DNA from: Nitrospirota bacterium
GTDB taxonomy: Bacteria; Nitrospirota; Thermodesulfovibrionia; Thermodesulfovibrionales; Dissulfurispiraceae
Length of the DNA: 43,444 nucleotides
Assembly (NCBI GenBank): GCA_040754455.1
Contig: JBFMCP010000027.1
Location: 1-43,444 of the forward strand
Reading direction: 5' to 3'
The translations under genes were made by a program, and so were the position numbers. Below, in pieces: positions 29,297 to 38,541 of the stretch; the first letter of the stretch is position 1; each line of letters starts with the position of its first letter. The notes beneath the pieces are model-generated. The model was not told where the DNA came from. It saw nothing but the letters and a program-made list of their open reading frames with translations, and searched no databases.

Positions 29297-29903
29297 TGCT
29301 CAGTTCCCCCTGGGCTTTTTCAGTATTCGTCTCTTTCTTCTGCACCGCTTCGGGAGCAGCGCTCTTTTTTCCCCTTAACACCGGCTGATCGTCATGGGCC
29401 ATGAAATCCTCGCTCATCGGCCTCCAGAAACGTTTGAAGTATACTTCGCCCTCCTTGCCCGCCATGTACTTGTCCCAGTTGGCAAGGAGCTTCGCTTTAT
29501 CCATATAGAGTGCCTCACGGGAGTAATCCGAATATTCGTAGTGGCGGGTGAGCGCCACGGCGCCGAAGGGACATGCCTCGACGCAGAACCCGCAGTAGAC
29601 GCAGCGGAGCAGCTCGATCTCGTACCGGTCCACGATCTTGGTGTGGTCCGGGCCCTCGCTGGTATAAACATAAATGCACCGGGACGGACAGACCGCCGCA
29701 CAGAGGCCACATCCTACGCACTTTGCATCGCCGTTTTCCTTCCGCACCAGGGCATGCAAGCCCCTGAATCCCGGGAACGCCTCGCGTTTCTCTTTAGGGT
29801 ATTGCCGTGTCACGGCAGGCGTGAGCATCATCCTGAAGGTCAGTGCCATGCCCTTCAGGATCTCAAGCATGAAGATTTTTTTTGCAATGTTCTTTAAGGT
29901 CAT
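29286..29903 (-). CDS. nuoI: NADH-quinone oxidoreductase subunit I
   Basis: FRGLH, CVGCGLCAAVCP and CVYCGFCVEACP. Confidence 0.96.
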   Translation of the reverse strand: MTLKNIAKKIFMLEILKGMALTFRMMLTPAVTRQYPKEKREAFPGFRGLHALVRKENGDAKCVGCGLCAAVCPSRCIYVYTSEGPDHTKIVDRYEIELLRCVYCGFCVEACPFGAVALTRHYEYSDYSREALYMDKAKLLANWDKYMAGKEGEVYFKRFWRPMSEDFMAHDDQPVLRGKKSAAPEAVQKKETNTEKAQGELSNAA

Positions 29904-29968
29904 AACCGTTCTCCCTCTCTATATACGCACCTTGGGTTTATTACTTGTTATCGTCCCTCTGATTTTTC

Positions 29969-31006
29969 CTATACGAAGTAGGCGACCAGCGACGTGACGA
30001 CGATGTTCGCCAACGCGAGCGGGATCAATACCTTCCACCCCAGCGACATCAGCTGGTCGTAGCGGTACCTCGGTACCGTCGCCCTTACCCAGTAGAAGAG
30101 GAAGATGTGGAAGTAGACCTTGAGCACAAACCAAACAATACCGGGCACTGCCAACAGCGCAGGAACCGCATTGGTGATCACCGGCGGAAGCGTCCAGCCG
30201 CCCCAGAAGCAGATGACGGCAATACTCGACATGACGATCATGCCGATATATTCCGCAGCGTAATAGAGGGCGAACCTCATGCCGCTGTATTCGGTAAAGT
30301 ACCCAGCCACCAGCTCGCTCTCCGCTTCGGGAAGGTCAAAAGGTGTTCTGTTCGTCTCAGCGAACATGGCGACAAGGAAGATGAAATATCCCACAATCTG
30401 CGGGAAAAGGAACATGCCGTACCAGCGCTGCTGCTGTGCATGAACGATTTCGGTAAGATTCAGTGACCCCGACAGAAGCATAACGCCGACAAGGCTCAGG
30501 CCCATGGCGACTTCATAGCTGATGACCTGCGCCGAAGACCTCAATCCGCCCAGGAAAGGGTATTTCGAATTCGATGCCCATCCTGCCATAACGACGCCAT
30601 ACGCTGCCATTGAAGACATGGCGAAGATATAGAGGAGTCCTACATTGATATCGGCAATGACGAATCCTTCAAAAAAGGGCACAACAGCCGCAGAGCTCAA
30701 CGATGCAAAGAGAATGATGATGGGCGCGATCTTGAAGACCGTCTTATCAGCATTCGCAGGGATGATATCCTCTTTGAAAAAGAGCTTGACACTGTCGGCA
30801 ATCGGCTGCAGGATACCGTGGGGGCCTACCCTCATGGGACCAAGCCGTATCTGCATATGTCCTATCACCTTCCGCTCAAAGTAGGTGGCATAGGCCACAT
30901 GGAACATCACCGCTCCCACAACCACGGCGATCTTGATAAGGATCACGACGACGTTCAAAAGGAAATTGTCACTTCCTGCCGACAGAAACGCTTCGATCAT
31001 ATTCAC
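29969..31006 (-). CDS. nuoH: NADH-quinone oxidoreductase subunit H
   Basis: ERKVIG..RLGP, AETNRTPFDLPEAESELV and PRYRYDQLM. Confidence 0.97.
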   Translation of the reverse strand: MNMIEAFLSAGSDNFLLNVVVILIKIAVVVGAVMFHVAYATYFERKVIGHMQIRLGPMRVGPHGILQPIADSVKLFFKEDIIPANADKTVFKIAPIIILFASLSSAAVVPFFEGFVIADINVGLLYIFAMSSMAAYGVVMAGWASNSKYPFLGGLRSSAQVISYEVAMGLSLVGVMLLSGSLNLTEIVHAQQQRWYGMFLFPQIVGYFIFLVAMFAETNRTPFDLPEAESELVAGYFTEYSGMRFALYYAAEYIGMIVMSSIAVICFWGGWTLPPVITNAVPALLAVPGIVWFVLKVYFHIFLFYWVRATVPRYRYDQLMSLGWKVLIPLALANIVVTSLVAYFV

Positions 31007-33624
31007 GCAGCCACCTCCGCAGTCATTCGCTCGCTCTTCGTTACCGTGACCTCAATGCCGTCCAATGCCGGTATTTTCATGACCGCATTCAGCTTCCACG
31101 GCAGAAGCTTGAATGCCCCCCGCTCTTCAACATTATTCGGTACCAGAACCAGCCCCTCGGGCATATCGGCAAACACCAGTGCCGGCAGCTCGAGCGTATC
31201 CGTTTCGGTCGAGAGGCTGACATAGTCGCCGTCGGCGACCTCCAGTCGTTTCGCGATGCTGCTGCCGATCTTTACATACGGCTTCGACGAGATACTGTTC
31301 AACGCCGCCGAATGCCTGCTCTGGCTCGCCGAATGGAAGAGCGGTTTATCGATACCTATGTAGAGTTTGCTCTTGTCGCTCTTCTTCAGCAGCGATTTCA
31401 TGTCAGGCATGCTGAGCCCCTCGATGCCGGCATCGTGCCGTAAGGGCTCGCCTTTGTACGGCCACATACATTCCCCGCCGTCCATATCCTCATAGCTGAT
31501 TCCCTTGTGAAGCGGGGAGACCTTAGCGATCTCGGCCAAAACATCCTGTGCATCCCTGTACTGCATGGCAACGCCCAGCCTCGTGCTGATCTCGGCAAGG
31601 ATCTTCCAGTCCTCGATTCCCTGTCCCCCGATGGCCTTCCGCAGGTGCTGCATTCTGCCTTCGAGGTTGGTATACGAGCCCTCTTTCTCCGACCAGGAGA
31701 GTGAAGGCAGTACCACATGGGCACGCTGTGCCGTCTCATTGAGGAAGATGTCCTGGACAATGAGGAAGTCGAGGGTGGACAATACCTCTTTTACGAATTT
31801 CTGTCCCGGCACATTGAATGCCACATTCTCGCCCATCACGTAGAGGGCCTTTATACGTTTCGCTTTGATGCCTTCTATGATCTCCATCAGGCCCAGCCCG
31901 GGGGCAGAAGGTATCTCGCCTTTTACAAACTCTTCATAGCGCTTTCTGAAGCTTTCGACCGCAACCGGCCGTGCACCGGGGAGCATGTCGGGCAGGCACC
32001 CCATATCGACCAGGCCCTGCTCATTGGGGAGCTCGGAAGAGAGATAAATACGGCCGTTCAGAATATGGACCAGCGCGGCGAGGAGCAGGATCGTGGTATG
32101 CCCGTCGGTCCTCTGGATAATATCCCTGCCGATGATCACCGACGGATTCGTGACACCGGAGAGATTTTCGACACAGGCCTCAAGCTCCTTCACCGGAATA
32201 CCGCATACCTCGGATGCTTCGGCAAGCGAGATGGACTGGAGTTTTCCGATGATCTCTCCGAACGCGCTCTTCTCACCCGAAAGCGGCTTTTTCTTGAGCA
32301 GTTCGGAAACCAGTGCTGCCAGAAGCGTCGTCTCGGTGAAGGGAGCCGGGAGCAGCCGGTTCGTGCTGAACCTCCTCAATCCCGCTGCATAGCCGACCGT
32401 AACGACGGGAACCCCCTGCTGAGCGACTGCCCTGATCTGCAGTCCCAGCACCGGATTCACTGACGTAGGGTCGCCGCCGATGGTAAAGACGCCGTCTGAT
32501 TTTGCGATACCGCTGATCGGATTTGCGGTCACTCCCTGTCCGAAGATCTTCCCGAAGAGACGCTGTGCAGGGGCAAAGGCAAAGCCTGCGACGGAATCGA
32601 TATTGTTGCTGCCCAAGGCGACCCTCATGAATTTCTGGAAGACATAGTTGTCTTCGTTCGTACAGCGTGCCGAGGCCACCCCCGCAATGGCGTTTCCGCC
32701 GTGCTGTTCCTTGATGGTCTTCAGCTGCTGTGCGATATAGGCGAAGGCTTCACTCCAGGTCGTCTCCTGGAGCACGCCGTCTTTTCGTATCATTGGTGAT
32801 TTCAATCTCTTGGGGCTGTTGACGTAATCGTAGCCGAACCTTCCCCTGTTGCAGAGGAGGCCGTTATTGACGCCTTTTCCGGCCTCGGGCACGACCCTTA
32901 TGATCGCGTCGCCTCTCGACTGGACCGTGAAGGTGCATCCCACGCCGCAGAAGGAGCAGATCGTATCCACATTCTTCTCGATGAACCATGGCCGATAGGT
33001 ATGCTTATGAAGTCTCGATATGATGGCACCCACCGGGCAGACGGTCAGACAGTTGCCGCAGTATTCGCAATTATACCGACCGCCGGAAAAGGGCTCGACA
33101 TAGGTCTTGCTCGTCCTGTTGACCATGGAGATGGCCGATGCGCCCTGCACCTGGTTGCACATCCGGACGCACCGCGTACAGGAAATGCAGCGCTCCATGT
33201 TGCGCACGATGATCGGATCGTCATAGCTTTCCGGATGTTTCCGTTTGCCCTCGGCAAAGCGCCCTGTCGTGGGGCCGTACTTTACCACGAGGTCCTGAAG
33301 GTCGCACTCGCCGGCTTTGTCGCAGTAGGGGCAATCGAGGGCGTGGTTGATGAGGAGAAATTCGAGCATCGCCTTCCTCGCATCGATGACCCGCTCGGTC
33401 TCGGTCCTGACGACCATGCCGTCAGTGACGCTCAGGGTGCATGCGGTCTGGAGCCTCGGAAGCTTCTCCACCTCCACAAGACAGAGCCTGCAGCCGCCGA
33501 ACGGCTTGAGCATTTCATGGTGGCAAAGCGTCGGGATCTTGATTCCCGCCACCTTGGCTGCCTCAAGAATGGTAACCGGCTTTTCAAGTTTGATCTGTTT
33601 TTCGTTGATGGTTACTGTTATCAT
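31003..33624 (-). CDS. nuoG: NADH-quinone oxidoreductase subunit G (long, FdhF-like), 873 aa
   Basis: N1b C..GGCRLC..C, N5 HALDCPYCDKAGEC, CISCTRCVRMC, CEYCGNCLTVCP and N7 CSFCGVGC..C. It lies between nuoF and nuoH. Confidence 0.9.
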   Translation of the reverse strand: MITVTINEKQIKLEKPVTILEAAKVAGIKIPTLCHHEMLKPFGGCRLCLVEVEKLPRLQTACTLSVTDGMVVRTETERVIDARKAMLEFLLINHALDCPYCDKAGECDLQDLVVKYGPTTGRFAEGKRKHPESYDDPIIVRNMERCISCTRCVRMCNQVQGASAISMVNRTSKTYVEPFSGGRYNCEYCGNCLTVCPVGAIISRLHKHTYRPWFIEKNVDTICSFCGVGCTFTVQSRGDAIIRVVPEAGKGVNNGLLCNRGRFGYDYVNSPKRLKSPMIRKDGVLQETTWSEAFAYIAQQLKTIKEQHGGNAIAGVASARCTNEDNYVFQKFMRVALGSNNIDSVAGFAFAPAQRLFGKIFGQGVTANPISGIAKSDGVFTIGGDPTSVNPVLGLQIRAVAQQGVPVVTVGYAAGLRRFSTNRLLPAPFTETTLLAALVSELLKKKPLSGEKSAFGEIIGKLQSISLAEASEVCGIPVKELEACVENLSGVTNPSVIIGRDIIQRTDGHTTILLLAALVHILNGRIYLSSELPNEQGLVDMGCLPDMLPGARPVAVESFRKRYEEFVKGEIPSAPGLGLMEIIEGIKAKRIKALYVMGENVAFNVPGQKFVKEVLSTLDFLIVQDIFLNETAQRAHVVLPSLSWSEKEGSYTNLEGRMQHLRKAIGGQGIEDWKILAEISTRLGVAMQYRDAQDVLAEIAKVSPLHKGISYEDMDGGECMWPYKGEPLRHDAGIEGLSMPDMKSLLKKSDKSKLYIGIDKPLFHSASQSRHSAALNSISSKPYVKIGSSIAKRLEVADGDYVSLSTETDTLELPALVFADMPEGLVLVPNNVEERGAFKLLPWKLNAVMKIPALDGIEVTVTKSERMTAEVAA

Positions 33625-33626
33625 GG

Positions 33627-34880
33627 CTACACACTCACCGCTTCTTTTATTTTGTTTTCAAACTCATTTCTAAAGTGCTTGATGAAGCTCTGCACGACCG
33701 TTGCAGCACCGTCGCCAAGAGGGCAGAAGGTCTTGCCCAGGATGTTTTTGGAGACTTCCATGAGGAGGTCGATATCGCCCTCTCTCCCCTGTCCCGAATT
33801 TATTCTGACCAGGATGCTCCGCAGCCAGCCCACGCCCTCCCTGCAGGGAGTGCACTTTCCGCATGATTCGTGTTCAAAAAACTTGATGGCTCTGAGGCAG
33901 ACCTTCACCAGGTCGACCGACTCGTCAAAGACCATTACTGCTCCGGAACCGAGCATGCTACCGTGTTTGGGCATGCTCGGGAAGTCCATAGGGCAGTTGA
34001 GCTTGTCTCCCGGAAGGACCGGCGTCGAAATACCGCCGGGGATGACCGCCTTGATCTTCTTGTCGCCGAGGATGCCGCCGCAATGGTCATAAATGATATC
34101 TTTCAGCGTCGTCCCCATCGGAAGCTCATAGACACCGGGCTTTTTGACATGGCCGCTCACAGAGTAAAGTTTAGGTCCAGGGCAATCGGCGCTGCCGATC
34201 TTTGAATAGGCCTCAGCGCCGATAGTTATTATATAAGGGATGTTGGAAAGGGTCTCGACATTATTGACGACAGTCGGCTTTGCCAGGAATCCTTCGTTGA
34301 CCGGGAACGGAGGCCTCGTTCTCGGCTGTCCTCTCTTGCCCTCAAGGGATTCAATCAAGGCAGTCTCCTCGCCGCAGATATAGGCGCCTGCGCCTTGATG
34401 GACATAAAGGTGAAAGCGTATGCCTTTTCCGAGGATGTTATCGCCAAGGTAACCTTTTTCGTAGGCCTGTGCAATGGCGCCTTCGAGGATATCCTTTGCC
34501 TTCGGGTATTCACCCCTGAGGTAAATATAGCCGTATTCCGCCTGGAGCGCATGGCCGGAAATGGCCATCCCTTCAATCAGGAGATGCGGATTCTTTTCGA
34601 GGATGGGACGGTCTTTGAATGTTCCGGGCTCGCCTTCATCAGCGTTGCAGACGAGATACTTCGGCTTCTTCGGATCGGCTGCGGCAAACGACCACTTCAT
34701 GCCGGTCGGAAAGCCTGCGCCGCCCCTTCCCCTCAGTCCGGATTTTTTTACTTCATCAATGATATCGGAGGGCTTCATGTCGATCGCCTTGGCAAGCGCC
34801 GCATAGCCTCCGGTTTTGACGTATTCGCTGAGGTCTGCTGAGTTCGGGTTGCTGATATTTTTTAACAGAAATGGTTCCAT
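33627..34880 (-). CDS. nuoF: NADH-quinone oxidoreductase subunit F
   Basis: GLRGRGGAGFPTGMKW, NADEGEPGTFKDR, GAGAYICGEETAL and ESCGKCTPCREG. Confidence 0.97.
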   Translation of the reverse strand: MEPFLLKNISNPNSADLSEYVKTGGYAALAKAIDMKPSDIIDEVKKSGLRGRGGAGFPTGMKWSFAAADPKKPKYLVCNADEGEPGTFKDRPILEKNPHLLIEGMAISGHALQAEYGYIYLRGEYPKAKDILEGAIAQAYEKGYLGDNILGKGIRFHLYVHQGAGAYICGEETALIESLEGKRGQPRTRPPFPVNEGFLAKPTVVNNVETLSNIPYIITIGAEAYSKIGSADCPGPKLYSVSGHVKKPGVYELPMGTTLKDIIYDHCGGILGDKKIKAVIPGGISTPVLPGDKLNCPMDFPSMPKHGSMLGSGAVMVFDESVDLVKVCLRAIKFFEHESCGKCTPCREGVGWLRSILVRINSGQGREGDIDLLMEVSKNILGKTFCPLGDGAATVVQSFIKHFRNEFENKIKEAVSV

Positions 34881-34889
34881 AGCTCGTCC

Positions 34890-35354
34890 CTACTTATAAC
34901 TTTCCAGAATTTTAAAGATATTCTCTTCAGTCAGATTGTCATGGAAATCCGTGTTCACGAGCATCGCCGGTGCCGTACCGCAGGCGCCGATGCACTCCAT
35001 GATGACCAAAGAAAACCTGCCGTCGGCAGTCGTCCCGTTCGGCTCAAGGCCGTATTTCTGCTTGAGCAGATCGACGAGCCGCTCCGCCCCCATAATCATG
35101 CAGGCCACGTTGGTGCAGAGCTGGATCACGTGCCTGCCCACCGGCTTGTGTCTGAACATGGAATAAAAGGTCGCGACGCCTTTTACCGTCGCTTTCGGGA
35201 TATTCAACAAATCTCCCACTTCGGCCATTGCCTCGGGGGCGATCCAGCCGTTCTCCCGCTGCACCACATAGAGGCTGGGCAGCAGCGTTGACCGTGGCTC
35301 CTGGTACTTGCTTTTGATTCTGTTAATTTCCGTTATAACTTTTTCGCTCAGCAT
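34890..35354 (-). CDS. nuoE: NADH-quinone oxidoreductase subunit E
   Basis: VATFYSMF, CTNVAC and ECIGACGTAP. Confidence 0.96.
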   Translation of the reverse strand: MLSEKVITEINRIKSKYQEPRSTLLPSLYVVQRENGWIAPEAMAEVGDLLNIPKATVKGVATFYSMFRHKPVGRHVIQLCTNVACMIMGAERLVDLLKQKYGLEPNGTTADGRFSLVIMECIGACGTAPAMLVNTDFHDNLTEENIFKILESYK

Positions 35355-35362
35355 AATTTCCC

Positions 35363-36568
35363 TTACCGATCGACCTCTCCAAGGACGATATCAATTGTAC
35401 CTATGTTTGCGATAACATCAGCTACAAGAGCGCCTTCACAAAGCTTCGGCAACACCGATACATGGACGAATGAGGGTGACCTCAATCTCATCCGGTACGG
35501 CCTCCCTGTGCCGTCGCTCACAATGTAGAATCCCAATTCCCCTTTGGGCACTTCAGTGGCAGCATAGATTTCGCCTTCCGGCGCAGCAATCGGGCCTTTG
35601 GTAATCAGGACAAAGTGGTGAATGAGCGACTCCATATCACTCAAGACCCTGTCCTTCGGCGGAAGGGTGAACTTCGGGGCATCAGGAGCTATGATCGGTC
35701 CCTTCGGCATCTGCTCAAGGCACTGTTTGATGATGCGGTTGGACTGCTTGAGCTCTTCCATCCTGCAGAGATAGCGGTCATAGACATCGCCGTTCTTCCC
35801 TACGGGAACATCGAACTCCACCTTGTCGTAGGCATCGTAGGGTGCGACCTTCCTTATATCATAGGGCACACCCGATCCTCTCAACGTGGGACCGGTCAGC
35901 CCCCAGTTGATCGCATCCTCAGCGCTGATGACGCCGATTCCTTTTGTCCTTTGCAGCCAGATTCTATTTTCGTTAAGTAAGGTTTCGTATTGCTCTTCGA
36001 TGATCTTGGGATATTTTTCGGTAAAGTCGTAGAGCTTATCGATGAACTCCTGACTCACATCGTTCCGCACGCCGCCGATCCTCGGGTAGCTTACGGTGAG
36101 CCGGGCGCCGCAGGTCATCTCGAACAGATCGAGGAGCTGCTCTCTGTCCCTGAAGGAATAGAGAAAGAGGGTCATGGCGCCGATATCGAGGGCATGCGTT
36201 GCAATGCCAATGATATGGCTGCTGATCCTCGTCATCTCACACATAATCGTTCTGATGTATTTGGCTCTTTCGGGTACCTCGATACCGAAGAGCTTCTCGA
36301 CAGCAACACAATAGCCGACATTGTTCGACATGCTCGAGATGTAATCCAGACGGTCGGTCAGCGGCAGTGCCGAGGCATACGTTCTGTCTTCAGCCAGTTT
36401 CTCAACTCCCCTATGCAGGTATCCCACATAAGGCGTGCACTTTTTGATGGTCTCTCCCTCGAGATCGAGCACGAGCCGGAGCACGCCGTGCGTTGCCGGG
36501 TGCTGCGGCCCCATGCTGACGGTCATTTCTCTTGATTTCAGTCCGTTTCCGTTGGTCGCCTCTGCCAT
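35363..36568 (-). CDS. nuoD: NADH-quinone oxidoreductase subunit D
   Basis: [28 protein letters not shown] and GEVDR. No hydrogenase CxxC motifs. Confidence 0.97.
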   Translation of the reverse strand: MAEATNGNGLKSREMTVSMGPQHPATHGVLRLVLDLEGETIKKCTPYVGYLHRGVEKLAEDRTYASALPLTDRLDYISSMSNNVGYCVAVEKLFGIEVPERAKYIRTIMCEMTRISSHIIGIATHALDIGAMTLFLYSFRDREQLLDLFEMTCGARLTVSYPRIGGVRNDVSQEFIDKLYDFTEKYPKIIEEQYETLLNENRIWLQRTKGIGVISAEDAINWGLTGPTLRGSGVPYDIRKVAPYDAYDKVEFDVPVGKNGDVYDRYLCRMEELKQSNRIIKQCLEQMPKGPIIAPDAPKFTLPPKDRVLSDMESLIHHFVLITKGPIAAPEGEIYAATEVPKGELGFYIVSDGTGRPYRMRLRSPSFVHVSVLPKLCEGALVADVIANIGTIDIVLGEVDR

Positions 36569-37105
36569 TTACCTAACCTCGTATCCTTTATTCTTTTCAG
36601 CTATTGCGATGACGTCCTTGAACCCTTTCCATTCCATCTCTCCGAGATCGCTCTTGAGCGGGTAGTCCTTGCGCAGGGGATGCCCTTCCCAATCCTCGGG
36701 CAGCAGGATCCTCCTCGGATCAGGATGACCATTGAAGACCACGCCGAGCAGGTCATAGCACTCTCTCTCGTGCCAGTTTGCCCCTGCCCATATATCGACG
36801 ACGCTGTCGATCGTGCAGTCATCCTCAGGGACCTCTGCCTTGATCCTTATCATATGCCCATGTCGCATTGAATAAAGGTGATACACCACTTCAAACCTCG
36901 GCTCTTTCTTGCCGAGGTAGTCGACACCGCCGAGGTCTTCCAGGAAGTTGAAGTACAGTTCGGGCGTCTCGTAGAGAAACCGCATCATCTCTTTGATTCT
37001 ATCCTTCTTGACCGTTACCGATACCTGACCGCGGAATTCTCTTATCTCTTTTACCTCCGTCGGGTACCTGTCCTTTATCTTCTCTGCAATCTCTTTTGGA
37101 TCCAT
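36569..37105 (-). CDS. nuoC: NADH-quinone oxidoreductase subunit C
   Basis: RFEVVYHL, ANWHERECYDLLG and GHPLRKDYP. Confidence 0.97.
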   Translation of the reverse strand: MDPKEIAEKIKDRYPTEVKEIREFRGQVSVTVKKDRIKEMMRFLYETPELYFNFLEDLGGVDYLGKKEPRFEVVYHLYSMRHGHMIRIKAEVPEDDCTIDSVVDIWAGANWHERECYDLLGVVFNGHPDPRRILLPEDWEGHPLRKDYPLKSDLGEMEWKGFKDVIAIAEKNKGYEVR

Positions 37106-37121
37106 TGCCTTCCTCGATGTA

Positions 37122-37140
37122 GGTCCGCCTTAGGCGGACC
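37122..37140. repeat. REP-like palindrome between nuoB and nuoC
   Basis: GGTCCGCC-TTA-GGCGGACC. Confidence 0.6.
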
Positions 37141-37146
37141 GAAATG

Positions 37147-37686
37147 TTAGCGCCATCTGCTCCACTTAAAGTGCTCTTTCTTTATCTTCTCCTGCAGCTT
37201 GATGATACCTTCCAGGAGCGCTTCAGGCCTCGGCGGACATCCGGGGACATATACGTCCACCGGCAGGAACGTATCCACGCCCTGAACAGTGCTGTAGGAG
37301 TTGAATATGCCTCCGCTGTTAGCGCAGCTGCCCATAGAGATAACATAGCGCGGCTCGGGCATCTGGTCATACACCCTTCGTACGATAGGCGCCATCTTCT
37401 TGGTTACCGTGCCGGCGATGATCACGAAGTCAGCCTGTCGCGGCGAGCCTCTGAAGATAATGCCCAATCTATCCAAATCATAGTGTGACGATCCCGTCGT
37501 CATCATTTCAATGGCGCATCAGGCCAGGCCGAAGGTCATCGGCCACAATGACGACATTCTGCCCCAGTTGACCAGCTTATCGAAGCTCGCGATAAGCGTG
37601 TTGGCGCCGGGGATAACCCTCAGTCCCTTCTCTATCTCAACAACTTCCGAGTCAGTGTGGGGAGTGGTTATGATATCGGTTGTCAT
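37147..37686 (-). CDS. nuoB: NADH-quinone oxidoreductase subunit B with an in-frame UGA at codon 56 (putative Sec), 179 aa
   Basis: RBS AAGGAGGT and ATG 37686. Reads ..[14 protein letters not shown](37521-37519)-[31 protein letters not shown]. Confidence 0.92.
37486..37502 (-). promoter_or_regulatory. Putative SECIS in nuoB
   Basis: mRNA sense TGACGA-CGGGA-TCGTCA. The loop starts 22 nt after the UGA. Confidence 0.65.
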
Positions 37687-37792
37687 AGACTGTTCACCTC
37701 CTTATTTTTGCGTTATTGCGTTTATTGCGTTGTGAGTTATCGCGAAAAAAGGAAAGTCGCTACAACGCTCAACGCTATAACTCTAAAACGCT

Positions 37793-38176
37793 TTAGTCCC
37801 ATTTAAATGCTTCTTTTCTCCATGCATAGAGATAGCCCACCACAAGCATGGCGATAAAGAGCATCATTTCGACCAGGGCGTACAGGCCGATCTTGTTATA
37901 TACCAGCGCCCAGGGATACAGGAACACGGCTTCCACATCGAAGATGACGAAGAGCATGGCGATGATGTAGAACTTGACGCTGAACCTGATCCGCGGTTCT
38001 CCTACCGGAGGGTTTCCTGATTCATAGGGCATGAGCTTTTCGTCGTACGGCCTCCTGATCCTGAAGAGTCCGCCGATGAGAAGGGCGCCTGCACCGAAGG
38101 CTGCTGCGATTACCATGAAAATCAGAATGGGAAGGTATTCGGTAGGAACGTAACTGCCAGGGGTCATCGGGTTCAT
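37793..38176 (-). CDS. nuoA: NADH-quinone oxidoreductase subunit A
   Basis: PYESG and FYIIAMLFVIFDVEAVFLYPWA. Confidence 0.96.
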   Translation of the reverse strand: MNPMTPGSYVPTEYLPILIFMVIAAAFGAGALLIGGLFRIRRPYDEKLMPYESGNPPVGEPRIRFSVKFYIIAMLFVIFDVEAVFLYPWALVYNKIGLYALVEMMLFIAMLVVGYLYAWRKEAFKWD

Positions 38177-38219
38177 AGTTACCTCGATTCAAAGTGGTTT
38201 TTTACGCACCAAACTCTCT

Positions 38220-38389
38220 TTTATAACTTACGATATAAAAAAAAGTCAAGCCAACTTAAAAAAAACTTATAAGCCTGCGCGCAGAGCACAATTCCGACAA
38301 AAAGTATTGAATTACACTAGGAATTCGCTTCTCAGCACGTTCTTAGGCACACAAATCTTTTTATAATTTAAATTACCAGCTCTTGTCAA
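38220..38389 (-). promoter_or_regulatory. Two candidate sigma70 promoters for nuo
   Basis: TTGACT-18-TATAAA (38249-38220) and TTGACA-18-TATAAA (38389-38360). Confidence 0.5.
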
Positions 38390-38541
38390 GCTGACAAATT
38401 AAAACCGTTAATAACACTAAGGTAATGAGCTGTTTTGAAAGAGCAATAATTGGAGAGCAGATGCCGACACCCGAAGCGAACCGTTACTATACTTCCCACC
38501 TTCGATTGATGTTATGATACTATCCTGGTGAAACAGACACT

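Noticed and set aside
37147..37686. nuoB as a nonsense pseudogene, or as the 119-aa ORF in the track
   Set aside because: The short ORF lacks two N2 ligands. The only lesion is a TGA at a conserved Cys followed by a hairpin, in an otherwise intact operon. A pseudogene is less likely but not formally excluded.
16275..37686. Genome-wide UGA reassignment (code 4 or 25)
   Set aside because: TGA is a real stop for the CMD gene (21991-21993), nuoM and nuoG. Both in-frame TGAs align to Cys, not Trp or Gly.
35363..37686. Group 4 [NiFe] or [NiFeSe] hydrogenase instead of complex I
   Set aside because: NuoD lacks both Ni-binding CxxC motifs, and the full nuoA-N order with NuoEFG is present.
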